DNA of 64,000 nucleotides from positions 181,970,001 to 182,034,000 of the forward strand of contig NC_042998.1 of the NCBI RefSeq assembly GCF_006345805.1, in the 5' to 3' direction. This document shows, one piece after another, positions 40,231 through 53,066 of the stretch; position 1 is the stretch's first letter, and every line of letters begins with the position of its first letter. The stretch comes from Octopus sinensis (taxonomy: Eukaryota). A model generated the notes under the pieces. The model saw nothing but the letters and a program-made list of their open reading frames with translations, did not search any database and was not told where the DNA came from. The position numbers were made by a program, and so were the translations under genes.

Positions 40231-41887
40231 CTGTTAAGGATGATGATGTCAATTGTTTTAATCATCCTCTTCTTTCTCCTGAAACTCATCACCATTGCTA
40301 TCTTCAATATATTGTTTCCATGTCATAACGACCAATACTATTATAACAAGCATCATCATAACGACGACGACGATTACCGCCGCCGCCACTCCTCCACCAC
40401 CACCACCACCACCACAACGGGTATAACCAATTCCCATCTAAATCAGAATTTTGGGGGAAATCATAAATGCTAAGGTCAACGACACTTCGGTCAGTGTGTA
40501 AATTCTGTGTAACACCGAAATCTCTCGCTCTCTCTATATTATAAAAATAGCCTGTCATTAAGTACAGTTGCAGTCGCTCGTACGTTGTTGAAGACAGATT
40601 GAACAAGCATGGGATTGGTTCAAGGGAAGTAACTCTACAATTACTTTTGATGGCTTTTGGCTTTACAATTGACTTGAACATTAAATTCAAAGGAACGAAA
40701 CCAAATGTTAGTACTTTAAATTGTTTAATCTGATATTCCCGCAACTTATCACTCTCGCAAGCCAATAAAATAACCTCTACGATGTCGCTCAGCTTGTCAG
40801 AAATAGCAGCCAAATTTCCCTTAAAAATTCGTCTTGTTTTATATGAGGAATTGTACATTGGGTAATGTTGTCTGGGATGCATTATGTCTGAATAAAAATG
40901 GGACAGTCAGTCACAGCTGGAACGCCTTTGATTAAAGATCTGTTCAAGCAAGGTCGACTTGAGCCTAAACAGTTCCTTACCACTCTGCATGCATAGATTA
41001 TCGCACTAAATCTTGCAATTAACCAATCCAATTAAACACAAGATAATGTCAGGTTGCAGTTTAGCTTTCCACTTGGTTGAAGTACGGTGTGTCTGGGGTA
41101 CCACTTCTATGGATTGTACCTAAGAGCTATAGGTCTGTTCAAATTAGATCTTATTGGAGTCTTTATAATGATATTTATCACCACATCATCAGCTTGTGTC
41201 TCGTTTGATAGTTTGATAAACAATCGCATTTTCAAAATCTTAAAGCTCATCATCATCGTTTAATGCCCGTTTTCCGTGCTAGCACAGGTTAAAAACAATG
41301 TGAAGCTGTTGACAAGTGATCAAGACCTTTAACAATTTGCTGTACTGTTAAGCCAAGTGATATTGTAGTTGTGGTTGGTGAAAGCACCCATGCTGGTAAC
41401 ATGTAAAAGCACTTGTACTGATGACATGTGAAAGCACCTGTGCTGGTAAAAGCACCTGTGCTGATGACATGTGAAAGCACCTGTGCTGGTGATTCATAAA
41501 AAATGCCCAGTACACTCTGTGGAGTGGTTGGCATTAGGAAGGGTATCCAGCCATAGAAACCATGCTAAAATCAGACTGGAACTTGATTCAGATCTCTGGC
41601 TTACCAGTTCTAGTCAAACCATCTAACTTATGCCAATATGGAAACTGGATGCTAAATGATGATGATGGTATATTTGAGAGAGTAATCTGAATGCTAAAGG
41701 GTTAAGCACACCTCACTCCCTGTAGTTCATATCCAGGAAAAACCTTTTTTATTGCATTAAAGCACCTAATATTTAAAGCAGTTTTGTATATAGGACCATG
41801 GGTGATTTTTTTGGGGAGACTTTTTTTTGTAGGGGAAGTGTACCTTATATGCCATGAAATATAATATCTGTCTTTCTTTGTATAAAG

Positions 41888-41975
41888 GTTGCACGTGATC
41901 GAATACTGAAGGATTGGGATTTTGTGGAAGGTATTGATGTTTCTGCTGCTGAGTGCGGTTCTGGTTACCCAAATG
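41888..41975 (+). CDS. RNASEH2A: RNASEH2A exon 6 (88 nt): VARDRILKDWDFVEGIDVSAAECGSGYPN(D)
   Basis: pyrimidine tract + aag acceptor, gtaag donor; VARD and GSGYP motifs. Confidence 0.96.
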
Positions 41976-43125
41976 GTAAGCAATGCTTGTACATTGATGT
42001 CATTATGGTTGTGTGTTACAACTGACTGTGAGACGATGTATATGATGTGATGTTTTAACTGGTTGGGATAATATTCAGAAGACAGTGTGTTTTTGTGTGT
42101 ATTTTATGTTGATGAGAATCTGTGTGTGTATTAATGTGGAACTGTGTTTCCATGTATTAACTCTTTAGCTTTCACATTATTCTGTCAAAAATAATGCTTC
42201 TTTATTCACATTGTTTTAATTAGTCATGCCTTATCTCGTAGCTTTGAGATTTTGATGAGGTAGCTGTTAATTTTTACAAGGATATTGTAGAGTTGGTGTG
42301 AAAGGCCACATCTGGTCGGTTTGAACATAAAACAGGTAGAATATTTTGGCCAGACACGGTCAGTTTAAATGGTTAATGTTAGTGAGACATATGTGTGTAA
42401 TGTTAGTGAGATGGTGTATGTCTATTTGTAATTAATGTTAGTGAGAATGTGTGTGTAAATTAATGTTAGTGAGACTGTGTATAATAAGTATTAATGTGAC
42501 AATGTGTATTGGTTATTGTCAGTTTTGCATTTTGGTTGTACCTGTAGAGTAATGATTTGATGTTTGTAGCATCATCTGTGGTGTGCCATGAGATTGTATG
42601 ATGTCTGTGACAATGTGTGTGCAATTTGCTGACAGTGCAACAATATTTGTGGTATGTAGTACAATGACAATGAGATAATACATGTGGTGTGATGGCAGTG
42701 TATATGTTATGATAAAAGTGTGAAAGACTGTAAGATGATAATAATATGATTCAAAATGATTGTAAAATGGTGACATGGACGTTTTCAGTAAAAAAAATTA
42801 CTCGAATACAGCCTTACACATTGTTCATTCTGAGATAGTCCAGTGCACCAAATTATACCACAATGTCATTAATCCTACTCTCTGTTTATATACTACAGTA
42901 TCATACCTATCATCAGACATCACAAAACTACACTTTTACAATCTCCACACAACTGCCAATTCAGATTTTCTGAAATCTTTGGATCCAAAGCCTTTCTAGA
43001 TTATTGATTTTTCCAAACCAGGAATGGTTTCCTCTAAATTAAACAAATATTAAATTTTCTTAAACATTTAAATGTCATACTGCTAATTGTGCCATAGTAC
43101 AAGTGATTAAAGTTTATCAATATTG

Positions 43126-43475
43126 TACTGTGCAACATAGTGTGAAACAGGGCCACCTGAGTAACATAGTGTGAAACAGGGCCACCTGTGTAACATAGTG
43201 TGAAACAGGGTCACCTGTGTAACATACTGTGAAACAGGGCCACGTGAGTAACATACTGTGAAACAAGGCCACCTGTGTAACATACTGTGAAACAGGGTCA
43301 TCTGTGTAATGTACTGTGAAACAGGGTCATCTGTGTAATGTACTGTGAAACAGGGCCACGTGAGTAACATACTGTGAAACAAGGCCACCTATGTAATGTA
43401 CTGTGAAACAGGGTCATCTGTGTAATGTACTGTGAAACAGGGCCACCTGTGTAACATACTGTGAAACAGGGCCAC
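43126..43475 (+). repeat. 29-bp minisatellite, about 12 copies, in RNASEH2A intron 6
   Basis: Head-to-tail TGTGAAACAGGGCCACCTGTGTAACATAC with minor variants. Confidence 0.9.
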
Positions 43476-43985
43476 TAGTCTGGGGGCTGCAGGAATTTGA
43501 AGTTCCTGTTTGTAAATTAGTGTGGATTAGAAGAGTTTCTGGGCCATCAGTGTCTGAAAAGTTGCTGTTGTATCTCTAGTATCTGTTTGTGACAGTAGTC
43601 ATACATTTACTTAGATAATTCTTCCTTCAGTATGTCTAGATGCAGCAGTATTGCAGTACTACATAGCTGTTGTATTTTCATACATCATGATATCACACAC
43701 CTTACAATATTTTCATGCAGTACAATATTACATACACTTACTTCTTTACAATATCTTAAGTAGCTCCCACCACAATATTGCACACACACACACACATAGT
43801 ATCGTCAGACACCACATAGAATACAGCATTATATACATCTGCAAGATCACACACCATTACTATAACATATACCTTTATGACTGTATTTCTGTATTACATA
43901 TTTAGTATTACAATTTTATATCCTTAAAGCTCCAGTTCACCACACACTTACTATATATTGTATGATCTTCTAAACTACTTTACAG

Positions 43986-44109
43986 ATCCACTCACCAAGA
44001 AGTTTTTAAGACATCACATGGACAAAGTGTTTGGTTTCCCACAAATTGTACGCTTCAGTTGGTCTACAGCATCAAGTATTTTGGATAAAGATGCAGCACT
44101 GGTTGAATG
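43986..44109 (+). CDS. RNASEH2A: RNASEH2A exon 7 (124 nt): DPLTKKFLRHHMDKVFGFPQIVRFSWSTASSILDKDAALVE(W)
   Basis: tttacag/gtaatt; DP.TK and VFGFP..VRFSW.TA motifs. Confidence 0.96.
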
Positions 44110-46362
44110 GTAATTTACATGAAATATGCTAATATTGTGATTGAATTAACTAAGATTTCCAGTTTAAAGTGGTATTAGATATTATATACATTGATTTTGG
44201 ACAGAAAAGGGTCACAGGCCTACTTGTTGCTTGTTTCTGTCTCTAATTAGTATTCAGAGGCAATGACGAAAGACCGAGATCTCTGAAGATATGCTGTGAC
44301 TGCAAAGACCTGACAAATAATGAGTTCATGGCTGCTTCCTGCACCGGTTTCGTATAGCCCCAGCCCATCCAAAGTACCTTGGATTGCAAAATGACCTGCT
44401 GTGCTTACCTTGGATCATAGGTTGACCTGCTGTGCTTGAGGAGACCTATTGAATCAAGTACATCAACATCAAAATAAATATCAAATGGAAATTGTAGTTG
44501 TGATACCTGTGCTGGTGGCATGTAAAAAGCACCATCTAAATGTGGCCGATGCTAGCACCACCTTGACTGGCTTCTGTGCCGGTGGCACGTAAAAAGCACC
44601 GACTGATCGTGGCCACTGCCAGCCTCCCCTGGCATCTGTGCTGGTGGCACATAAAAAGCACCCACTTCACTCACAGAGTGGTTGGTGTTAGGAAGGGCAT
44701 CCAGCTGTAGAAACACTGCCAAATCAGATTGGAGCTTCCTGGCTTCCTAGACCCCGGTCGAACTGTCCAACCCATGCTAGCACGGAAAACGGATGTTAAA
44801 CGGTGATGATGATGATGATTTACATATAGATATCAGTATCTTATTTAACTTCAAGTTCACAGATTTACAAGGACAGGGAAGATGAGATTGCTTGATGTTC
44901 ATGTCTCTCCTAAGATTATTAGAACTAGTTTCAACCAGGAATTATAACTTTGAAACTTTATTCCTTATTCTGTTGCACTTACCACTCAAGACATTTATAT
45001 ACTGATTTCTCAGACTGGTACAAAGTAACACATTTGTAGAGGTGATACGTAAAAGGTGCTTGTGCTAGTGACATATCAAAGGCACCTGTACCAGTGACAC
45101 ATGAGAGGGACCCATGTCGGTGACACGTGAGAGGCATCCATGCTGGTGACATGTAAAAGGACCTAGTACATTCTGTAGAGTGGTTGACTTTAGGAAGGGC
45201 ATCCTGCCATAGAAACTAAGTCAAAACAGACTGGGACCTGGTGCAGCACTCTATCTTACCAGTTCCAGTTAAACTGTGTAACCTAATCCAGCATGGACAA
45301 CGGACACTAAATGATGATAATAGGGTATAGGTTATTGAATTGCTCTTGATATATATTTATTATTTTTTTTCCATGCGCCCTTTTCAAGCCTAGCCAGGCT
45401 CACGGGCCCGGTTTCTCAGTTTCTATGATGTATGTGTTCCCCTCAGCTGGACGGGACGCCAGTCCATCGCAGCGTTACTCAAGAAACAGGAAGAAAGAAT
45501 GAGAAAAAGTTGGGGCGAAAGAGTACAACAGGGGTTGCTACCAACCCCTGCTGGAGTCTCATGGAGCTTTAGGTGTTTTTGCTCAATAAACACACACAAC
45601 GCCCGGTCTGGGAATCGAAACCATGATCCTCCAACTGCGAGTCCGCTACCCTAACCACTGGGCCATTGCGCCTCCACCTCTTGATATATAACAAGTATTA
45701 TTTTTTTCCCCATCCTATTAGGTTGAAAAATAAAGAAATAAGACTGAAAAGTAATTAGTTTGGTGGTCTACTATTTCTGTTACCCTTTTGAGAGGAGGGA
45801 TAAGCAATTCTCATGACCTTCTACAGGACTTCTGAAATTAGTAGGAAGGAAAGTAAAAGGTATCCTCAAACCAAAGAATTGGTCTAAATGCTTGCAACAG
45901 AGTGAACATTGTTAAAGGTAGCCAACCCTAACCCTAACCTGGACAATGGATTAAGAAAGGCCATAACAGAATTTGAACTCAGAATGCAGTGAACTGAAAC
46001 AAATATTACAAATTGCGACTGACAGTGTAATGCCTCTACCAGTCCATAGTCCCAGAAAATTGAAGGCAAAATCAATGTTGATGGGACTTGAATTCAGAAA
46101 GCAAAGTGGCAGAATAAATAGTGGACGGTATTTTGTATGATACTAACGATTCTGCCAATTTGCTGCCTACAGGTTAGGCAGAGGCATTGTTGTGTAGTTA
46201 AGAAATGTGGCAGCTTGGGCAAGTCTCTTTTGCTATAGTGGACACTAAGTGGTGGTAGTGGTGGCGGTGGCGGTTAAACCATGTTAATGTTAGCAATGCA
46301 TTTGTGTATTTGTATATTAATGATATATTTTCTTCATTTTCTTTAATTCCTGTCACCATTAG

Positions 46363-46516
46363 GGAAGATGATGATGAAGCAGACGACAAGGAAAATCCTG
46401 GAGCTGGGTCAGCCTCATTGCTTACATTTTTCTCTTCCAAAGCAGATAAAGGACTCAAACATAAACGGCATAGATTCTTTACAGAGAGAAATCTGTATTC
46501 TGTTTCTCAAATCTAG
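46363..46516 (+). CDS. RNASEH2A: RNASEH2A terminal coding exon 8: (W)EDDDEADDKENPGAGSASLLTFFSSKADKGLKHKRHRFFTERNLYSVSQI*
   Basis: pyrimidine tract + attag acceptor; WED start, HRFF.ER.L C-terminal motif, TAG at 46514-46516. Confidence 0.93.
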
Positions 46517-46592
46517 CTGATGTACATTTTATTTTAAACTATTTTTTTCTTTGTATTATTAAAAAACGAAAAAATTAAATTCTTTTGTATTC

Positions 46593-46598
46593 AATAAA
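46593..46598 (+). terminator. Candidate polyadenylation signal of RNASEH2A
   Basis: First AATAAA after the stop codon (about 77 nt), in U-rich context. Confidence 0.55.
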
Positions 46599-46816
46599 CC
46601 TCCTTTGCTCTTAAACTGGTTTCACTCTTTGGACTGGGGCCGTAGATCATAAACCCCCCTGTATTTATTTCACTCTGATAGTAATTTTATCAGTCTCTGT
46701 TTGCCATACTGCTGGTAATTGTTTCTGACCCAATACTGGTACCAATGCTGTTGAGTCAAAAACACAGACCACCTCCAGCATTGTGTGTGTGTGTATGTGC
46801 ATGCGTACGCATGTGT

Positions 46817-46857
<41 letters not shown>

Positions 46858-46898
46858 ATATCTGTACATCACTTCAAACACCACTCTCTCTCTCTCTC

Positions 46899-46945
<47 letters not shown>

Positions 46946-47064
46946 GGATAAGATTGTTAATTTAAATTAAATAACGTTCTTAATAAGTGGCCAGCATGGA
47001 AATAAAAACCTTATTCGTATGTTGTATTTATATATATATATGTATTTATGTTACTATCTGTGTA

Positions 47065-47125
47065 TATTTCACTGATGAGGCAAAGCATTTCTAAATGCAA
47101 AGCCAGAAATCCGGGACTTGAAATA
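47065..47125 (+). ncRNA. Degenerate hammerhead ribozyme motif
   Basis: TATTTCA-CTGATGA-GGC aaa GCATTT ct AAATGC aaa GCC-A-GAAA-TCCGGGA-CT-TGAAATA; 7-bp stem I, non-canonical cleavage site. Confidence 0.5.
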
Positions 47126-47429
47126 CTCTAGTAATTTTTTACTAGTTTTATTTTGTCTTTTTGTCTTCTCTCCTTGTGCTATATGAACACTTAAGGTAGT
47201 TTTAGAGTCAGATCCTGGCTGCTATTTTCAGCATGGCGGTATCTCGTAGATACCCTAGGTTATAACATATATATAATCTTTTACGGGTTTCAGTGTTTCA
47301 GTCCAGGGCTGAGGTCATATTAGTGCACCTCCTGTAGTTAGGAGTTAAACCCTCCAAGATCTTCCAAATATATATCACTTCATATTTCTCTCGTCTTTTC
47401 TCCAGGGATATATATATATATATATATCC

Positions 47430-50120
47430 ATATATTTTGTGTTGCAAGACAGTGTGTGAGAGAGAATCGTGATGTGGTAGGAGAGAAATGTGTTCGCATG
47501 GAGGATGGTTCACTTGCGCTAAATGAGGATGCAAGAGAGAAGCTTGGAGACGCCACTATGAAGGTTACTGAATGAGGAAAATGAATGGGATAAAGAGAGT
47601 CTGCCGAATGTTGACCCTACAGAGGGACCAGCTATCCGAGTTGATAGTTCCGTGGTAGCTAAGGCAATTAGAAGCATGAAGACAGGGAAAGCCCCAGGCC
47701 CATCAGGAATTACTGCAGAGATGCTCAAAATATCTGGCAGTGTCGGCTATAACCTAGTCACCCGTATAGTCAACCAGGTGATACACGAAGGAGTCATACC
47801 CAATGACTGGTGCAGCAGCATACTAGTCAACTGCTACAAAGGTAAAGGTGATGCCCTAGATACAAATAATTACAGAGGTATCAAGCTGTTGGATCAAGTA
47901 ATGAAGGTTACGGAGAGGGTCATAGCCCAACTAATTAGAGAAAGAGTTAGTTTAGATGAGATGCAGTTTGGGTTCGTGCCAGGAAAAAGTACCACTGATG
48001 CTATATTCCTGGTAAGGCAGCTGCAGGAGAAATACCTAGCCAAAGATAAGCCCCTGTACCTGGCTTTCGTTGACATGGAGAAAGCTTTTGATAGGGTCCC
48101 CCGATCCCTTATCTGGTGGTCAATGAGGAAACTAGGGATAGATGAATGGCTGGTGAGGACTGTGCAAGCCATGTACAGAGATGCCGTAAGTAAGGTTAGG
48201 GTTGGCAACATGTACACAGAAGAATTCAAAGTAGAGGTTGGGGTCCACCAGGGTTCAGTACTCAGCCCCCTCCTATTTATCATAGTACTCCAGGCAATTA
48301 CGGAGGAATTCAAGACAGGCTGTCCCTGGGAGCTCCTCTACGCTGACGACCTTGCTCTTATTGCTGAGTCACTATCAGAACTGGAGGAGAAGTTCCAGGT
48401 GTGGAAGGAGGGTTTAGAATCAAGGGGCCTTAGAGTCAACCTAGCTAAAACCAAAGTACTAATAAGTAGAAAGGTAGACAATCCACAAATATCTTCAGGA
48501 AGATGGCCCTGCTCGATCTGTAGAAAAGGTGTAGGTAGAAACTCTATAAGATGTACCCAGTGTAAGCTATGGACACATAAGAGGTGCAGCAATGTCAAAG
48601 GTAGGCTAACTGGGAAGATAGTTTTTGTATGTGGCAGATGCTCGGGAGCATTAACCTCCGAAAATCTGCAGAAAACAACTTCCGTCACTTTCCAGGGGGA
48701 AAAACTAGAAGTAGTTGATAGCTTCCGTTATCTAGGTGACCAAGTCAGTAGTGGGGGTGGGTGCGCTGAAAGTGTAACTGCTAGAATAAGAATAGCCTGG
48801 GCAAAGTTTAGGGAGCTCTTACCTCTGCTGGTGACTAAAGGCCTCTCGCTCAGAGTAAAAGGCAGACTGTATGATGCGTGTGTACGAACAGCCATGCTAC
48901 ATGGCAGCGAAACATGGGCTGTGACTGCTGAGGACATGCGTAAGCTCGTGAGGAATGAAGCCAGTATGCTCCGATGGATGTGTAATGTCAGTGTACATAC
49001 TCGACAGAGCGTTAGCACCTTGAGAGAAATGTTGTACCTAAGAAGCATCAGTTGTGGTGTGCAAGAGAGACGATTGCGCTGGTATGGTCATGTGGCGAGA
49101 ATGGATGAAGATAGGTATGTGAGAAAGTGCCAATCCCTAGCAGTTGAGGGAACCCGTGGAAGAGGTAGACCCAGGAAACCTGGGACGAGGTGGTGAAGCA
49201 CGACCTTCGAACTTTAGGCCTCACTGAGGAAATGACCAGAGACCGAGACCTTTGGAAATATTCTGTACGTGAGAAGACCAGGCAGGACAAGTGAGCCCAG
49301 CCCACTTATGAATGCCTTTCCTCCCTTGGACACAAAGACCGTTGAGGCAAGCGAAGTCGATATAGAACCTCATCCGACGACAGACACCCATCCCAACCCC
49401 CCATGCTTGCGAAGACATGTTGGGGCAAGCGAAATCGAAATCGAAATCGAAACCGAATTGAACCAGCCAGGATCCCTGGCCTGGTGGTACGTAAAAAGCA
49501 CTATCCGACTCGGGGCCGTGGCACGTAAAATACTCCAATGCGACCGTACGACAGGCACCCATGCCAACCCCCTTTGCTTGTGAAGACATGTTGGGGCAAG
49601 CGAAATCGAAATCGAATTGAACCAGCCAGGATCCCTGGCCTGGTGGTACGTAAAAAGCACTATCCGACTCGTGGCCGTGGCACGTAAAATACTCCAATGC
49701 GACCGTACGACAGGCACCCTTGCCAACCCCCTTTGCTTGTGAAGACATGTTGGGGCAAGCGAAATCGAAATCGAATTGAACCAGCCAGGATCCCTGGTCT
49801 GGTGGTACGTAAAAAGCACTATCCGACTCGTGGCCGATGCCAGCACCGCCTCGACTGGCTTCCGTGCCGGTGGCACATAAAATACACCAATCTGACCGTG
49901 GCCGTTGCCAGCCCCGCCTGGCACCTGTGCAGGTGGCACGTAAAAAGCACCCACTACACTCACGGAGTGGTTGGCGTTAGGAAGGGCATCCAGCTGTAGA
50001 AACATTGCCAAATTAGACTGGAGCCTGGTGCAGCCTTCTGGCTTCCCAGAACCCCGGTCGAACCGTCCAACCCATGCTAGCATGGAGAACGGACGTTAAA
50101 CGACGACGATGATGATGATG
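47430..50120 (+). mobile_element. 5'-truncated RTE-clade LINE with long RT ORF, 3' UTR and (GAT)n tail
   Basis: RT motifs through to a stop at 49292-49294; tandem-repeat 3' UTR; possible ATATATCC target duplication at 47422 and 50121. Confidence 0.92.
47652..49294 (+). CDS. RTE LINE reverse transcriptase (ORF2 fragment) with Cys/His-rich insertion; 1-nt frameshift near 49177
   Basis: 514-aa ORF with KAPGPSG, QFGFVPGKSTTDAIF, FVDMEKAFDRV, GVHQGSVLSPLLF, YADD, RRLRWYGHV, RGRGRPRK; shifted frame continues TWDEVVKHDLRTLGL...DRDLWK. Confidence 0.9.
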
Positions 50121-52702
50121 ATATATCCCTTTAAAACTTGCAAGGTACTGGTCAACCTGAATAATTAGAAAAAATTTCCTATCTAATTTATTCTTCAGTG
50201 GGAAAATTTGTTTCTCTGGAATTCTTGATTTCCTATGTTTCCATGTCTGATAGATTTTATGGTAGCAAATGAGCAAAATAAATAGAACATTGCATTAAAA
50301 TTAGTTTAGTTATTCCCTTGTACATTCTGAGATCAAAATTCTTTGAATTGTACCGAATTCTTCCAGAATATATATACAAGAACGGTACAAATATAGGTTA
50401 AGTAACAACAAATACAAAAGTATTTTGTCATGTTCTACAGTTTGTTATCCGCTCCCCTCAAAGCTGCGAGATGGCAGAATTGTTAGCATGCTCGGCTAAT
50501 TGCTTTGTGGCATTTCATCCGTTTTTACATTCTGAGCTTAAATTTTGCTGAGGTTGACTTTGCCTTTCACCCTTTCGAGATCGATAAAATAAGTACCAGT
50601 TGAGTACTGGGGTTGATATAATCGACTTATCTCCTCTCCTGAAATTGCTGGCCTTGTGCCAAAAATCGAAATCAATATTTGGAACAGTTGTTTCTAACAT
50701 AGACATAACACCAGAAATGAAGGGGTGGGGGTGAGAGTCAATTAAAACCACTCCAGTACATGACTGATACTCTTTATTCTATTGATTCTGAAAGGCAGAG
50801 CCGACCTCAGTGGGATTTGAACTTGGAACACAAAGGGTCATAATATATAGGACAGGGAATATTTGTTTGACTCTTGTGTGAGTTTGTCAGATACAAAATG
50901 GTTTCAAATTTTGGCATGAACCCGGCAGTTTTAGAGGAGAAAGTTAATTGATTATGTTGATCCCAGTACATGACTGGTGCCTATTTTATCAACCCCGAAA
51001 GAATGAAAAGCAAAGTTGACCTCAGTGGAATTTGAACTCAGAACGTAAAGCTGAAAGAAATGCTGTTAAGTATTATGTCCAGCGTGATAACAATTCTGTT
51101 GGGTTTGATACCTGAGTCTGTCAGATAATAATGATTTCTTACATCGGTACAAGGCTGGGTGGGGCGGGGTTACTCAATTAAATTGACTTCAGTACTTGAT
51201 CACTACTTTATTTTATTGATCTCAGAAGGATGGAAGTGCAAAGTCGACCGTATCAAATTATTTTTCTACCATTGGCAACAAGGCCATAAATTTCAATTAC
51301 ATGTTGCTAATTCAAGAAACTCCGACTCAGGACTGTTATATATTTTGAGAATACCGAATAATTAATGTTGACATGCTGCCAGCCTCCCCTGGTACCTGTG
51401 CCGGTAGCACGTAAAAAACACCCACTACACTCACGGAGTGGTTGGGGTTAGGAAGGGCATCCAGCTGTAGAAACACTGCCAGATCAGACTGGAGCCTGGT
51501 GCACCCTCCTGGCTTCCCAGACCCCGGTCGAACCGTCCAACCCGTGCTAGCATGGAAAATGGACGTTAAACAATGATGATGATAACACCCAGTACACTCT
51601 GCAGAGTGGTTGTTGTTAGGAAGGGCATCCAACCATAGAAACCAAGTTAAAACAGATGACAAGCCTATTCAAACCGTCTAACGCATGTCAGCATGGAAAA
51701 CAGATGTAAAATGATGGTGATGATGATCCCGACAGGAAGCAGACTTAGAAATTAAAGGAGTGAAACCAAAAATTGGTCAACCATCCAATAGTTCTATAAC
51801 CCACTTTCCCCCCTCTATTGATAGTTATTTCGTTAATTTGGTCACAGTTTTGTAGAAAGGAAGAGAATGTTCAAATTAAGTAACCTGGAAACTATGACTG
51901 GTGTTTACTCATCGAGGAAGGAATGAAGTTGAAATCTGTCATTGGCTGTGGTCGAGTTCGGAACGTTATGAAACGAAATGTAATTCATCACTAAATCGCT
52001 TTCCCAGCGAAGGGGGACAACTTAGTTTTTAAAAAAGAAACAAAAACCATAACTTGTAATTTTAAAAATTATTTATGAACACGAGAAAGAAAAAGTAAAA
52101 AATGTGTAAGACCGTTCCATGATTTATATCTGTTTTGAGATATATAAGTAAAGAAAATGCCCCGGAGAAGTTGTTTTATCATTATTAACGATATTCCTTC
52201 ATTATATTAAATATAGAAAAAAAGAAATATTTAGTATTTCGGAGGGTCACTTTGCCAATCATAAACACGTGCACTGCTTCTGTTTCACCCCTTTATTATT
52301 TGTCAGTTGATAAAGTGTTTAATCAATGAACTAATTAATTGTTTGATTAATCAAGCAATCAGATATGCTCGTCAAAGCCCTTTCGCCGCCATTCGCGAAC
52401 TCTTCAATGACATACTTTCCTTAACTAGTCAGTCTCAGGTTTTGTCTATGTAATTAGTTTTGGGGTTATGCATGCATGCATCCATCTATCCATAGCAACA
52501 TGTAAATATAAGGGTTCAAAAATAATGGAAGGGCGCCCGTGTGACCAGAAGCCACATCTCTTGTATACATGACAAGTGTTCTAGCATTGGTAGTTGTATG
52601 GATGTGAAAAATACCCTCCTGAGAAACAACAAAATCCATGGAAACGAGTTCATATCATGAACCCTGGAAACCAAGATAAAAATATCCATCCATCCATCCA
52701 TC

Positions 52703-52754
<52 letters not shown>

Positions 52755-52760
<6 letters not shown>

Positions 52761-53066
52761 TCTGCCTTAGTGAAGGCGGAGGTATTATTTTCAGTTGTGT
52801 TTGTTTGTCCTTGGATAAGATATCTGAAGAACCGCTGGATGGATTCGGATGAAACTTTTAGGGATATTTGGCTTCGTGACTGGCATGAATTGCTTAGATT
52901 TTTTTAACTTAATTTTTGAGAGCCGCCGGGTTTACTTTTAGTATTCTTGTTTGTGAGAGCAGTCGAGTTTATTTCAGATATTCTCATTTTGAAAATCATC
53001 TCTGGCTAATCGTTGAGAGGACGTTGGTGTTGCCTTGGCAGAGGTTTGCGCTATCTGAGTGCTCTT
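52755..53066 (+). mobile_element. Helentron-associated (HINE/DINE-like) element inserted in (TTA)n
   Basis: 5' ACCTCTGCC..GGCGGAGGT, 3' GGCAGAGGT followed by GCGCT..AGTGC stem-loop, internal GTTT repeats. Confidence 0.6.

Noticed and set aside
40304-40882. 192-aa minus-strand ORF
   Set aside because: No recognisable domain; runs through trinucleotide repeats and repeat fragments
43126-43475. CRISPR-like 29-bp repeats
   Set aside because: No unique spacers, eukaryotic intron, no cas genes
47894-48688. Minus-strand ORFs over the RTE RT and plus-strand ORFs over the zinc-finger array
   Set aside because: Antisense shadows of the real coding frames
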